This document shows, piece by piece, positions 52,610 through 64,000 of a DNA stretch of 64,000 nucleotides. The translations under genes and the position numbers were made by a program. This DNA comes from Antedon mediterranea (lineage: Eukaryota > Animalia > Echinodermata): contig NC_092671.1 of the NCBI RefSeq assembly GCF_964355755.1, positions 8,680,001 through 8,744,000 on the forward strand, in the 5' to 3' direction. The notes under the pieces are model-generated. The model saw nothing but the letters and a program-made list of their open reading frames with translations. It had not been told where the DNA came from and did not search any database. The first letter of the stretch is position 1, and every line of letters begins with the position of its first letter.

Positions 52610-53701
52610 GGGTGTCACGAAAGCTCAGACCACGAAAGCTCAGACCCCCTAAGACCTAAGATCACGAAAGCTAAGACCCAACACCTAAGATTACAAATAC
52701 TAAGATATACTACAGCTTAAAAACAATACTTGTTTATCCATACATAATTTTAAAAACAGTAGGTTTCATTTATTACCATAAATATAATTTAATACTACCG
52801 CAAAACATTGATAAACTCACATTATTTTCGCCCGTTGAGTAAATGTATATTTTTTCTTTACAACAAACAAACTTGACGGGTTGTTTGTTGGTATATATTT
52901 ACTCCATTGTGTTGCTTCAGAGGATGTTTTTCTTACGCACCTGCCTTTCTTGTATTTTGACTCCAAATTTGTTGACTAACTTTATCCTGAACACCACACT
53001 TTAAAATTAGGACTTATAAGTACTTTCAGAAGGAGAAACACATAATAACAAATAAATAAATCCTTTAAATTGATGATTTTACAGATGTGTTTCTTTGTAT
53101 ACTGTAATAATGACAATGTAACTCCTCGAGCTCCCCATGCTCAATGTTTTTGTTTCTATGGAGCGCCAAAAGAGCAACAATAATAGTACAAGTATAAAAA
53201 CAGAAAGAAAACGAAACAAAAAAACTTATCATGATTTTTAAATTAAAATTTATTTGCCAGTATTTATTTCTTCGTACTTGCATGATTATACTATTATCAT
53301 TACAATTTTAATTTTACATTGTTCCATTACATCCACACTGTAGATGGACTCCACAGAGTTTTCAGCCCTCTATATAATGTTTGCTCTTTTGACGTTCCAT
53401 AGAAACAAAAACATTGAACATGGCCCATGGGTAGGCCTACTGTACTGTAGGCTAGTCATTTTGTGTGCGAGAAAAACGTCTGTAAAATCATCAATTTAAA
53501 AATGTATTTGTTACTTTTTATGTGATTCTTTTTCATGAAAGTGCCAATTCTAAGGTGTGGTATTCAGAATAAATGTTGGGAGTTAAAATACAAGGCAGGT
53601 GCGAAAGATTAGATTTGTAATCTTAGGTGTTGGGTCTTAGCTTTCGTGATCTTAGGTCTTAGGGGGTCTGAGCTTTCGTGGTCTGAGCTTTCGTGACACC
53701 C
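52610..53701. mobile_element. Non-autonomous MULE/foldback-like element, ~88-bp near-perfect TIR, 10-bp TSD TGATTTATTT
   Basis: TSD at 52600-52609 and 53702-53711; TIR GGGTGTCACGAAAGCTCAGACC... built of CACGAAAGCT(C/A)AGACC subrepeats. Confidence 0.9.
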
Positions 53702-53787
53702 TGATTTATTTGTTGTAATATACCGTTATAAAGTCGGTAAAGGTGGTGATGATACAAAGAAAAAATAGTTTGAAACTTATGTTACAT

Positions 53788-56657
53788 GGGTAGTAACAAA
53801 GTGCGAGGCACGCGAGGCAGGGAAGGCATGGGAGGCAAGTCAGAAATTTATGCGAGGCATCGTTTTACCATCATCAAAAAATGCGAGGCATCATTTTATC
53901 ATTCGCCGTGGCTAAAGATACGGTACCGTATTCTAACTTCTGTTTACTAAAGGTACGGTAAAATTGCATTACGTCATAATCAGCCAATGGGGTGCTGGTA
54001 CGTGTGTGACGTCATCGTATAAGGACTTGGGATTTTTTTTTCATATCGCGTCTGTTGTTGGTTGTATTTATATATGTAGAGAATTCCTATCGGCGGCGCC
54101 AGGCTGCGTGGATGTGTGTGCTGCGCTGCAGATGAGGGTTTTATTTTTATTCCAAATGGCCTATTTAGGCCTATATTTTTTTAAAACTTTGTTTACAATG
54201 GTGACCATAAACAATAAGCAAATGCGGACAATAAAGGAGCCCTTAAATACTATGATTTAGACAGCAGTGTAGCCCCAGGGCTGACGAGTCACAGAAATCA
54301 GCGCACACATATGCAGCTGGCCACAGCCTGGAATCGCTTTCCCTTCACAAACAAACTCATATAATGAGGTTATACATAGTACGTAGTAAGTAGGCCTAGG
54401 CCTCTTTTAAAACGGTTTTCTCTATTCTAGAATTAAAATCAACATGGCTTTTCAATAATAATAACAGACGTAGGCTACATTTAGTTTTTGTCACACACGA
54501 CGGCGATAATAGCGATAAATAAAGCATAAAGAAAATGCGGTTGATCACTGTTTTCGCCATACCTCCATGGTTTTCGCGATATGAAAAAAATCCACAAAGT
54601 CCTTATACGATGACGTCACACACGTACCAGCACCCCATTGGCTGGTTATGACGTAATGCAATTTTACCGTATCTTTAGTAAACAGAAGTTAGAATACGGT
54701 ACCGTATCTTTAGCCACAGCGTTTATCATTTCTCAAAATTGCAAGGCAGGAAATCACCGAAATTGAAGTAGCCTAGGCCTAGGCCCGCTAGGCTAGTTTC
54801 CTTTTGCACCTGCCTTGTATTTTAACCAACTTTATCCTGAATACCACAGCTTAGAATTAGTAGGCCTACTTTAATGAAGAAAAATCACATAAAAGTAACA
54901 ATAAATCCATTAAATTGGTGATTTTACAGACGTTGTTTTTCTCGCATTTCGCACACTCAATGTTCAATATTTTCTATGGAACGCCAAAAGAGCAAAATTA
55001 ATTAGAGGGCTAAAAACTCTGTGGAATCCATTTATATTTAACGCATTATTTGGTGAAAATCAAGTACAATTTCAATAGATTTTGTCACTGTCAGTAAGGA
55101 AAAATGTTACTGTTGATAATGTACACGGTTTCGTTAACCTTTTAAAGAATAAAATAGAAAAATTCATCATAATATCCTTAGTAGGATGTCCTAGGTCTAG
55201 ACTAGGTAGTGATGTTGATTTAGGATCGATTATTATTCTTTGAAAACAGAACATTATCAGCAGTAACATATTATTACAGCATTTTTATTGACAAATTAAC
55301 AAATATATTGAAATAAAACGTGTTTTTCACTAATAAATGCATGAGAAATTGACGCATTCCACTGAGTTTTAGTCCTCTATTATCGTTGCTCTTTTGGCGC
55401 TCCATAGAAACAAAAATATTGAACATTGAATAAGTGAAATTCGCGAACAGTGTGCGAGAAACACGCCTGTAAAATCATTAATTTAAGGATTTATTTGTTA
55501 CTTTTTATGTGATTCTTTCATTAAAGTACTCATGAGGTATACTTCTACGGTGTGGTATTCACACGATAAAGTTAGTTATCAAATTTGGAGTAAAAATACA
55601 AGCGAAGGAAACTAGCGCCAGGTTTATTAGTACGTACATGGACAACAATAAATAAAAATCGTTCGTAATATACCTAGCTTACTAAAACAGGAATAGTGTA
55701 TCATTATTAAATATTACACCAACTATTATTATATCAAAATTGATTAAATTATTTTCTACATAGGCCTCTTATCTAGGTTAGGGCTAAGCATATTAGCTAA
55801 AGTTTAATTTTAGGCCTAGTTTATTACAATTGTCGGACGTAAGTCTTTTTTCACACGCGCTCCAGAATTCTGTCGCAATTTTTTTCTTTGCGGCATGTTA
55901 TTGGATCGCCATATCAGTTACCTTTTATTCACCGCCAGTTATTGAACTTGTCCTGGCAATCGCTGTTCACCTTATTTGCGAGAGAGGTACACGTGTTGTT
56001 CCTAGAGAATGGAATGTCAAAAATGTCTTTGGCACGCCGCTCAGAGAGAAGTCTGTGCGTTGCTGCTGCTGAAACCACGTGCTATAGGAGGGGAATGCAC
56101 CACAATCCTCTGAGCTGAGGGCTGAATCATTCCGCTACCTGCTAAATAGTAAAGAGGGATTTTCCATCTCTCGGGTCTACCGGATCTAGGCGCAGGGGTG
56201 TGACAAAATATTATTTTCGCTCTGCTATGTTCGAGAGACATGTGAGTGAACACGCTCGAAATGCCAACAAACATTGCAGTCATTTGATGAGTGTGTCGCT
56301 ATAACAATTATTGTTTATCGAAAGTTGAAGACTGTCGTTCAGATTTTTGAACCGTAGTTTGGGCACTTTTGTAAAAGTAAAATTTGACAAGATATGACTT
56401 GAATGAAAAAAAAATCGTTACATAAAAATAAACAACATGATGAGTGTATACACGAATCTATTTAGATACGCTTGTATTGATTGATTATTAGGCCTATAAT
56501 ATAGCATAATAGCACGTTAAGATATGCCTCGCACCTTTTTGAAATTGTAAACTATATGCCTCGCATGCCTCGCACTTTTGGAAATGATAAAATGATGCCT
56601 CGCACAAATATTTGGCATGCCTCGCGTGCCTCGCTGCCTCGCACTTTGTCAACACTC
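53788..56657. mobile_element. Non-autonomous MULE-like element, 9-bp TSD ATGTTACAT, subterminal TGCGAGGCA repeats
   Basis: TSD at 53779-53787 and 56658-56666; ends GGGTAGTAACAAAGTGCGAGGCA / TGCCTCGCACTTTGTCAACACTC. Confidence 0.85.
53904..54721. mobile_element. Nested MULE-like element, ~147-bp TIR, 9-bp TSD TTTATCATT
   Basis: TSD at 53895-53903 and 54722-54730; TIR CGCCGTGGCTAAAGATACGGTACCGTATTCTAACTTCTG... mirrored with few mismatches. Confidence 0.92.
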
Positions 56658-58799
56658 ATGTTACATCAATGTTGACCAATATTAATACACATTCCTCCTG
56701 TTATAGGACACTTCGGGGCCCAGTGGTTCCTGAATAGAGGTGTTCCAAATAAAAGGAGGAAATGGAGAGTTACGGTACATTTTAATTAACTCGCTATGAC
56801 GTAATAATGACAAAATACAAATTATCAAAGCAAAACACAACAGTACCGCTTTAAGTAGGTATACTAACCGAACGCTATCTTCTCCATAACATAACTATAA
56901 CATAGAGCTAATTACAAAACGTATTTCCCCAGTGCTTTAACTGCGCATTAAGATTTCAACAATAACGATTTTAATACAAACGCCAATAATAATATATAAT
57001 GCCCTCCGGTCTGGTCTAATAATAACGCCGTCTAATATCGCAGTAATTGAGGTAAAAAGCACAAGGACCTTGGTCCGATTCTGAAACCTCTCCTGGGAAA
57101 TTTCCCCTATTACTATATAGTTCAGTTCAATGCAATACCGTACTGTACTACGAATACATTGCTCAAAATCGTTGGATGTCAGAAATGGGGATGAATCATT
57201 TTACTGGAGGCCATCATCAGTGTGCTGGATGATAAGGGCAAAAGTTCGCTATAACATTCAATCTATGACAATGACTTGGATTCACCAGTACGTCGATTTA
57301 ATACCAGAAACAAACATTATTATCTCAGTTAATACAATAAACATTATATTAAAAGCTGATTTCTATATTCGGATTATATCTGTTACGTCGCGCCGCGCCC
57401 ACGTGCAGTAGGTAACAACAGCTCAATTTAGCTTGGAACTATATTTTATTTGTTCATGATTTCTTTTTTTTCTCAAATGTTATCGAAGAAGAGAAGTAAA
57501 ATATAGAAAAAGGAAGGGAAAAAACAAATAAAAAGGTACTCGTACACGACCTGTGTACTTATTTGCAATCAAATAACGTTTGTTACATGCATAAGTTTCC
57601 TTAATAAATTTTATTTCATATAACATAATAAAACAATGTAAACATTACATTTATAATTCAAATGGAATTTGTATGGACATCAAGAAAAACGCACGATTAA
57701 CAACATTAATACATATTCATATCGTAACTTTATTATTGTCATCTTAGAAAAATAATCATATTATTAAGTGAAAATAATTTGATAATAATGATTAAAAGTC
57801 AATGTTTCATTATACAGTGCAAAATAATTTGTGGACACGTGTTTTATTTTGTTTTAACTCTCCAAAAACCGGTCAATTCCATGTTTAGCACCGGAACCAT
57901 GGGTGTAATTTAAATTGTCTATTATTATGTACGATCGACGGTGCCGATAGTCACTTCCCTTATCACCAACCCCAAAACACACTTGCACACGCCCATTCTC
58001 TAAATGTCATTCATGCGACCCTGTATACGACACCGTTATTCGGGGTGAACCTTAAAATTCAATGCATGGACAATGAGCGGATGCATTGTATTTTTATATA
58101 CTTAGAATTATATTATATTAAACCATGGAGAAAAACATATGAACATACATATAAGTAAACATACCGTATGTAATTAACGATTTTGTTGGTACCTTTACGT
58201 ACTATATTATTAATAACGCGCGCACACATACAACTTTCACAACTTTACATCATATAAACTGAATTTTTTTTTTCTTTAAACAAAATAATTAGACGAATGA
58301 ATTTTATATAAAAATAGATTATTGTATTAAATAATATTATTAATAAAATAAATATTTTTGGAATGAATTAGATAATGCGTGGCCTATATTATACATATAT
58401 CCAACGACACGCAATTAAACTTATGAAATGAATGGTTTTTGTTAAAGGAATATGATGTTCACAACATTGAAGATGTTTTGTTTTCTTTTAATGTAATGCA
58501 CTTTAAACTTACTAAAGACATAGTGTATATTTATCTTCATGCGTACACATGAATTTGAACTCGACCAATGCTTCCGTAATAAATATGAACACGAGGATAT
58601 TAGCCAAATATCGTATTCATCTAAAATTCATATTATTTAGAGCATCGCGATATTTTCAATAGATTAGGAAGACTAACATAGTCTATCAAAACATTATGCA
58701 TTTATCTTCATTAACATTTCTAGAACACCAGTTTCATTTTCAATAACTAACACTTATTATCTATCATTATGAGATGACAGAACATTATGGTAATTGATG

Positions 58800-59470
58800 A
58801 AAAATGAGTGTTTATGCGCAACGGCTTATAAAAAAACCTGTTCGTAAGCTTGTTATAGGTCTACCCATAGTCTCTATGGTCTATCAAACGTTAAACGTTA
58901 CAAAATAAGATAACGGAAATTATGCGAAATTACGCTACGTAATACGTAATAATAAGGTGATACAAAAATGAGTGGCATTGGTAAAAATGAATCTGTACGC
59001 ACAATGGCTTTGGTAAACTAAAGCCTGTTTTGCTGTCGACATTATTCGACGCTATCGTCGTTGATCGTTAACAGTTCAACAACGATCGTTTGAAAACGAT
59101 CAAGTTGAAATGATAACTATAGCGAGTACCTTTTCATGTAACTCGTTAAAATGTCAATGGTTACGTAGAAGATCGCCGATTATTGTTAACGATAACGTCG
59201 AAAGGAAAACAGGCTTTACAGGCATACGAAAGATAACGTTTCGTACCGGTGACGTTACGAAATAGGATAACGGAAACAATGCGAAGGCACGTTACGTAAT
59301 ACGATAACGTGATACAAAATTGAGTGAAATTGGAAAAATTAATCTTTACGCACAATGGCTTTGGCAGTAAAAGAAAAACTGTTTGCAAACTTACAGGCCT
59401 ACGAAAGATTAACGTATCGTACCGGTGACGTTACGAAATAGGATAACGGAAACTATGTGAAAATACACTG
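58800..59470. repeat. Degenerate ~175-bp tandem repeat (3-4 units), CpG-rich, interrupted by a MITE
   Basis: cgttac(g/a)aaata(g/a)gataacggaaa at ~58896, ~59253 and ~59429; tacgcacaatggctttgg occurs twice. Confidence 0.8.
59022..59215. mobile_element. Harbinger-like MITE inserted in the tandem repeat
   Basis: TAA|AGCCTGTTTTGCTGTCGAC ... GTCGAAAGGAAAACAGGCT|TTA. Confidence 0.78.
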
Positions 59471-61477
59471 CTTTAGGCCTACTGTCCACAATAAATAAGG
59501 AATCAATTTTGTATGTAAATAATACTTAATTTATTAATAAATATCATTCATGGTTTGTTACGTAACACTTTGTAATACCTGACGATTATTACAAAGTGTG
59601 ACGTAACAATCGTTCAACATAAACGGTATGGGGTGGGTCGAATTTAAAGTCTTTCTGACTTTAATATAGGCCCATGCCTGAACTACTTTTTTTGTATTAA
59701 ATGCAATGTTATGTATTAACAAACGTTACGTTATGAAATACGATATCGTTAAAAAAAATTACGTAATTTGGAGTTGTAAGTATCTCGAATACACTACTTT
59801 GTTGTCCACAATAAATCAGGAATCAATTGTGTATGTAAATAATACAATAATTCATATTATTTATATGCAATTTTAATTAACAAACTAGTTTAATATTATG
59901 TCATTGTGTATTATCATGTATGTTTATTGTGGAAATAAATTGAAAATTGAAACGGATTCGTGCACGAAAATGTTTAGATCAACAAGTACAGATTGACATA
60001 ACAATTATTAAAGAAGCATTATAGATTTCTTTTTACTAGTTTATGACTTGATTGATATTCATATTTGTATGAATATATCTATATCATGACTGATTAAAAA
60101 ATAACTAATATTTTCCGTTGAGGATTTGAGTCTACGAACTATCATCAATATATGTTATATTATTCTGTATAAGGTTCTATATATTGTCCCCAGTGTAATG
60201 AAAATCGTTGAAATTTATTAGCATTTTGACGGGAACTAGAAATTCTAGAACTTCGTATGAATGTCAATACAATACAATATTAGTTTTCACCCTGTAATTT
60301 CTGTATGCAGTGAATGTAAACATAAACATTTCTACTATAAAGAATTGGAATTATGGTTTTGTATCAAGAATACATAAAGTATTGATGCACAAGAAATAAA
60401 TTAAACACGTGGTAAAAATAGCAATAATAAAATAACAGAATGCAAAAATTGTTACATGTTATGTTTAGCACCCATTTGTGACATAAAGTTTCAATAGGGT
60501 GAGGTACGGACTTTGCATATTGTACTTGGACACATTTTACACAGATAGAATAGATCTCTCATTTGTGTAGGCCTACATATTATTTGCCCAAAATAACTTG
60601 TTATTGAGATGAGCATAGTGTACAGTCTACAGCAGTGAACATATATCCCAGTCGAAAATTACTATTTGTGCAACTAACGTTATAGTCATAAACTATAGGT
60701 TGTAGCAAAATTTGTACCACAAATACAGAGGAGGTTGTTATTGAGATGCTGATCACAGTATTGTAAAATGATGGATAATAATAGTACTTTCTGAGTTTGT
60801 CACTTTTTAATGTTCTGTACTGTATTCTCATCAGCATTCAGGGTAAACGTTCAGCCTAGTATCGTGTTAAACAGTCCAAAAACAATATATTTTCAGATCT
60901 GTCCAATAAAGGGTAATAAGAAAGAATAACAGATGACAAATAGTAACTTTCATTTCCGCTTAGCCACAATTAATAGACTATAATATATGGTATACCAGAT
61001 ACCTTTAGGCCATTATAATAATTTAATTTAAGTTTGAATTTATAATTTAATATACATATAAATCTGAATTTAGAATAAACATAAGCATCATCTACTTCAA
61101 TATTAATTTAGTAATCAGACAAGGCATTTTTTTTTAAATATAAGAAATTTGCATTTTCAATATGTTGAATTATTCACAAACAATCATATTATTAAACAAT
61201 ATTTTTTTTGTATTTATATTAAAAAACATTACAATTTCACACAAGTTTGCAGTCAACTATAAATCAAATAACAATCAAAATAATTAAATAAATGAATTCT
61301 ATTTAAGAAAATATATTGTATATACTGTACACAGCTATGAACAATATTGCTAATTGAATAATTTTAAGAACATACTTTTGGAATATAAACATTTGGTCTG
61401 TATGAAGTATAAAATATTTTGTGGTCGTGTTAACATTATAATATACCATACTCGCTTGAATAATCATCTTGTTGGTT

Positions 61478-61640
61478 AGCTATTCAGGGGACACACCTAT
61501 TAAAGGAACACTTGCTTGTAAAATGAACAAGAGGCAGTATATGTTTTAACACTATGACCAACCTCTATTCAGAGGACATCTCTAGTTAAGAGACACTTTG
61601 CTGGGTCCAGAAGGCGTCCCTTTAATAGGGATTTTACTTT
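61478..61640. mobile_element. Eroded Tc1/pogo-like MITE family (related pieces at ~1110-1247, ~10870-10975, ~56695-56780)
   Basis: Shared ctattcaggggacac / cctctattcag / gtccctttaatag motifs and TACAG(T)GGAACC-like termini. Confidence 0.55.
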
Positions 61641-61885
61641 ATTACTTTGAATATTATGTTTATGAGAAACTTAAAAATAATTCTATATCTCAATAGAAGG
61701 TGTATTGTAGGCTCTTTCAAGGCACTTTGTGGGTACTCATGAACTTTTACCCAATTTAGGGGGAATATTATTGGAACAAGACTCTTAATCAAACAAGTAC
61801 CATATAGCACTTTTAATTCACAGGTTTAGTTAAGTTGCATGCACCATAAATCGGTGGGTAATATTACCATATAAATATACTATCT

Positions 61886-62144
61886 TCATACTGGTGGTTT
61901 TCCTTTGTATTTAAGTTCAACAAACTGATGTAAAATCTCTCCAAAACTGCGTCCAGGACGTTGAATGCTGGCCATACTGCCGTGGCAAGATTCAATGGGC
62001 AAAATGGTGAAAATCAAGGTTAAAACGGCAAAGATGAGCATTATTATAGTTACAGTTAATCGTAGAGTTCTCTTGACTAGATACCAAGGGAGACGAACAT
62101 CAAATGGAAGTAGGTCTAGAAATGCGTTTGTTTTTACATGAAAT
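61886..62144 (-). CDS. Terminal exon of a KASH-domain tail-anchored protein (LRMP/IRAG2/KASH5-like)
   Basis: tctttcag|A; hydrophobic helix LTVTIIMLIFAVLTLIFTILPI, then a 35-aa tail ending SFGEILHQFVELKYKGKPPV-TGA, alignable by eye to the LRMP end SLEHILWPFTRLRHNGPPPV as recalled. Confidence 0.82.
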
Positions 62145-62437
62145 CTGAAAGATAACATTATCAAACAAACTTATAAGTAATAATCTATTTAGGTGGGTAT
62201 AAAACAATTATATATGCAGCATAATATACAGGATACAATCAAATGTACTAAATAATTAAACAAAAAAATATGAGACAATTGAATATACAAAAACAATACA
62301 GCGAAAAGTTATAAATAATTTCTTAGAGTGAGTTACTAATTTATTATTATTCATTGTATATTGGGACAAATAACAATAGTCATATGAGAAATTATATTAT
62401 TCTTTATTATTTTATATTATTTATTATCATACTAACT

Positions 62438-62574
62438 CACTATCAAATTAGTTTGACACACAAAAAAAGTCCATATATGGACATGATAATGTTATATCAC
62501 TACAATATTTGGACATATCACTACCATATTTGGGCACATCACACTTTTTTGAGTTTGATAGTGTAGACAGAGCT
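62438..62574. mobile_element. MITE family A copy (left TIR eroded) in the last intron of the KASH gene
   Basis: cactatcaaattagtttgac...gtttgatagtgtagacagagct|tta. Confidence 0.82.
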
Positions 62575-63455
62575 TTAATGTAGACAAGTTTTGAAAATTC
62601 ATCTTTTGCAAAGAATACATCTAATTCTGCATGCTAAGCATGTCATTCAAGAAATTATCGACATTAGACTCTATTTAATGATTACTTTGAGAAACATCAT
62701 AAAGCTATTATTAGTAATAGATAATAAATATTCAAAATTATTTTATAAATTTCTTCTTAATATTCGCTTATTACCAGGATATATCAGAATAATCAATATA
62801 TTATAACTAGTCGAAATTTTAATTGAAATATTTCCGTATTAAAAAAAAACCTATATTCTTCGTGGGTAACTGGGCAGGTAGCATTGTTTATACCATCCTA
62901 AATAAGCTTCACAAGCAATTTTACTAATCACCAGGGGGTTGCGCTGGGGCCTATGCTCCTCCTTTTGAAATTTTAGCTTTCAAAAGGGGTGTCTCTTAAA
63001 TAGAGGTTAGAAAGTTTTACTTTTTGATATCTAATTTGTACAATCTATGCTATTATTAAGCAAGATTAATCAAATAGCATTGAGGGGGATTATTTCGCCA
63101 GTCCTTAAATACCTACCACTGATATAGATAACTACAAGTATTTTTACACTGAGTTTATTAGTGCTTTTAGCTGGGCTCATTAAAGAGAATGGTAAACAGA
63201 CAAACTGACAGACAGACAAACAAGCAGACAAACTGAGAGACAAATAGACAAACATACATTCAAAGGTTAAAACAAGACCGTGCAGTATAATATGTATAAT
63301 AGAATAGGCAACACATTTTTTACAATTAATTGATTAAATTATATAATATAATATGATAAATTTAATGTATAAAGTTGATAAAACTAAAAACTGCTTTACT
63401 AGCTTAGATATTTTCTGAGAAATCAAATGTGAAATAAATAAAGTTGAAAACATAC

Positions 63456-63587
63456 GATTCCATTGGTATTATGTTTTCATCTTCAGCTTTGTCCATTAAA
63501 TCATCAAGATTATCACACAGTCCTTTCTGCTGTTTCCTCAACTCTATTAAATCTTGTGATAGTTGAACTCGAACTCCTTCCTCAAAT
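63456..63587 (-). CDS. Penultimate exon of the KASH protein (coiled-coil-like)
   Basis: cttgtag|A; FEEGVRVQLSQDLIELRKQQKGLCDNLDDLMDKAEDENIIPME; donor TC|GTATGT. Phase 2 joins the terminal exon in frame (TC+A=Ser). Absent from the ORF track. Confidence 0.78.
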
Positions 63588-63677
63588 CTACAAGTTAAAT
63601 ATTTTACATTTATGTAAGTGTTGAAATGTTATTACCACAATTGAGTTGCTTTTATCCACTCTTCTCTGTTATTATTA

Positions 63678-64000
63678 AGCCGATTTTCCACTAGGCGAAT
63701 TTGTTCGCGCGAATCCAACGTTTCGAAGAGAAAAAAATCGCCTACTCTCTTTCCACTACATGAGCGAATAGCTGCGACGTTCATGTTCCTAGCGTGGTTG
63801 CTGAGCATTTCGATTCGCATGAGTACTCATGAAAGCGTCATAGCTCATTTCCTGAGCTCTGATTGGTTGCGCAATATTTCGCTTCGCAAAAAGTAGAAAC
63901 AATTCGAACTAGTAAATTTTGCTGAAGTGAAAAATCAAAGGAACTAGAATTCGTCGAAGAAGGCAGTATGACAGACAGAAACGCGAATACGCATGTGCAT
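63678..64000. mobile_element. Longer member of the same Harbinger-like family, truncated by the window edge
   Basis: TTA|AGCCGATTTTCCACTAGGCGAATTTGTTCGCGCGAAT matches the 5695 element. Confidence 0.75.

Noticed and set aside
54280-54305. Hammerhead ribozyme (CTGACGA...GAAA); also CTGATGA at ~27992 and on the minus strand at ~52588
   Set aside because: No stem II can form between the boxes, or the GAAA box is missing, and the flanking helices are absent.
53065-60837. Short ORFs in the intergenic region as genes or transposases
   Set aside because: They fall in TIRs, foldback arms or AT-rich DNA, show no recognisable domain or DDE motif, and have no consistent splice structure.

Overview
AT-rich, intron-rich animal genomic DNA, apparently invertebrate (inferred from composition and repeat content). 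It holds two minus-strand genes. (1) A TMTC1-like protein O-mannosyltransferase: 13 coding exons read by hand from 48145 down to 1634. All have GT-AG boundaries and consistent phases, and the C-terminal TPR exons continue past the left edge. (2) The last two exons of a tail-anchored KASH protein of the LRMP/IRAG2/KASH5 type (63587-63456, 62144-61886; ends ...ELKYKGKPPV*). The first coding intron of TMTC1 contains a 6.6-kb, ~313-copy, highly homogeneous 21-bp minisatellite. This array produces the three ~2200-aa ORFs in the track, which I do not call genes. It shows a binary A/G variant pattern and an internal 840-bp higher-order duplication. The 49-57 kb intergenic region is a nest of non-autonomous DNA transposons with readable TIRs and TSDs: a Sola1-like element, three MULE-like elements (one inside another) and Harbinger-like MITEs. 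Introns carry MITEs and L2/CR1 3' fragments. I found no CRISPR array, rRNA, intact tRNA or transposase ORF. All family assignments come from motif recognition, without database searches.
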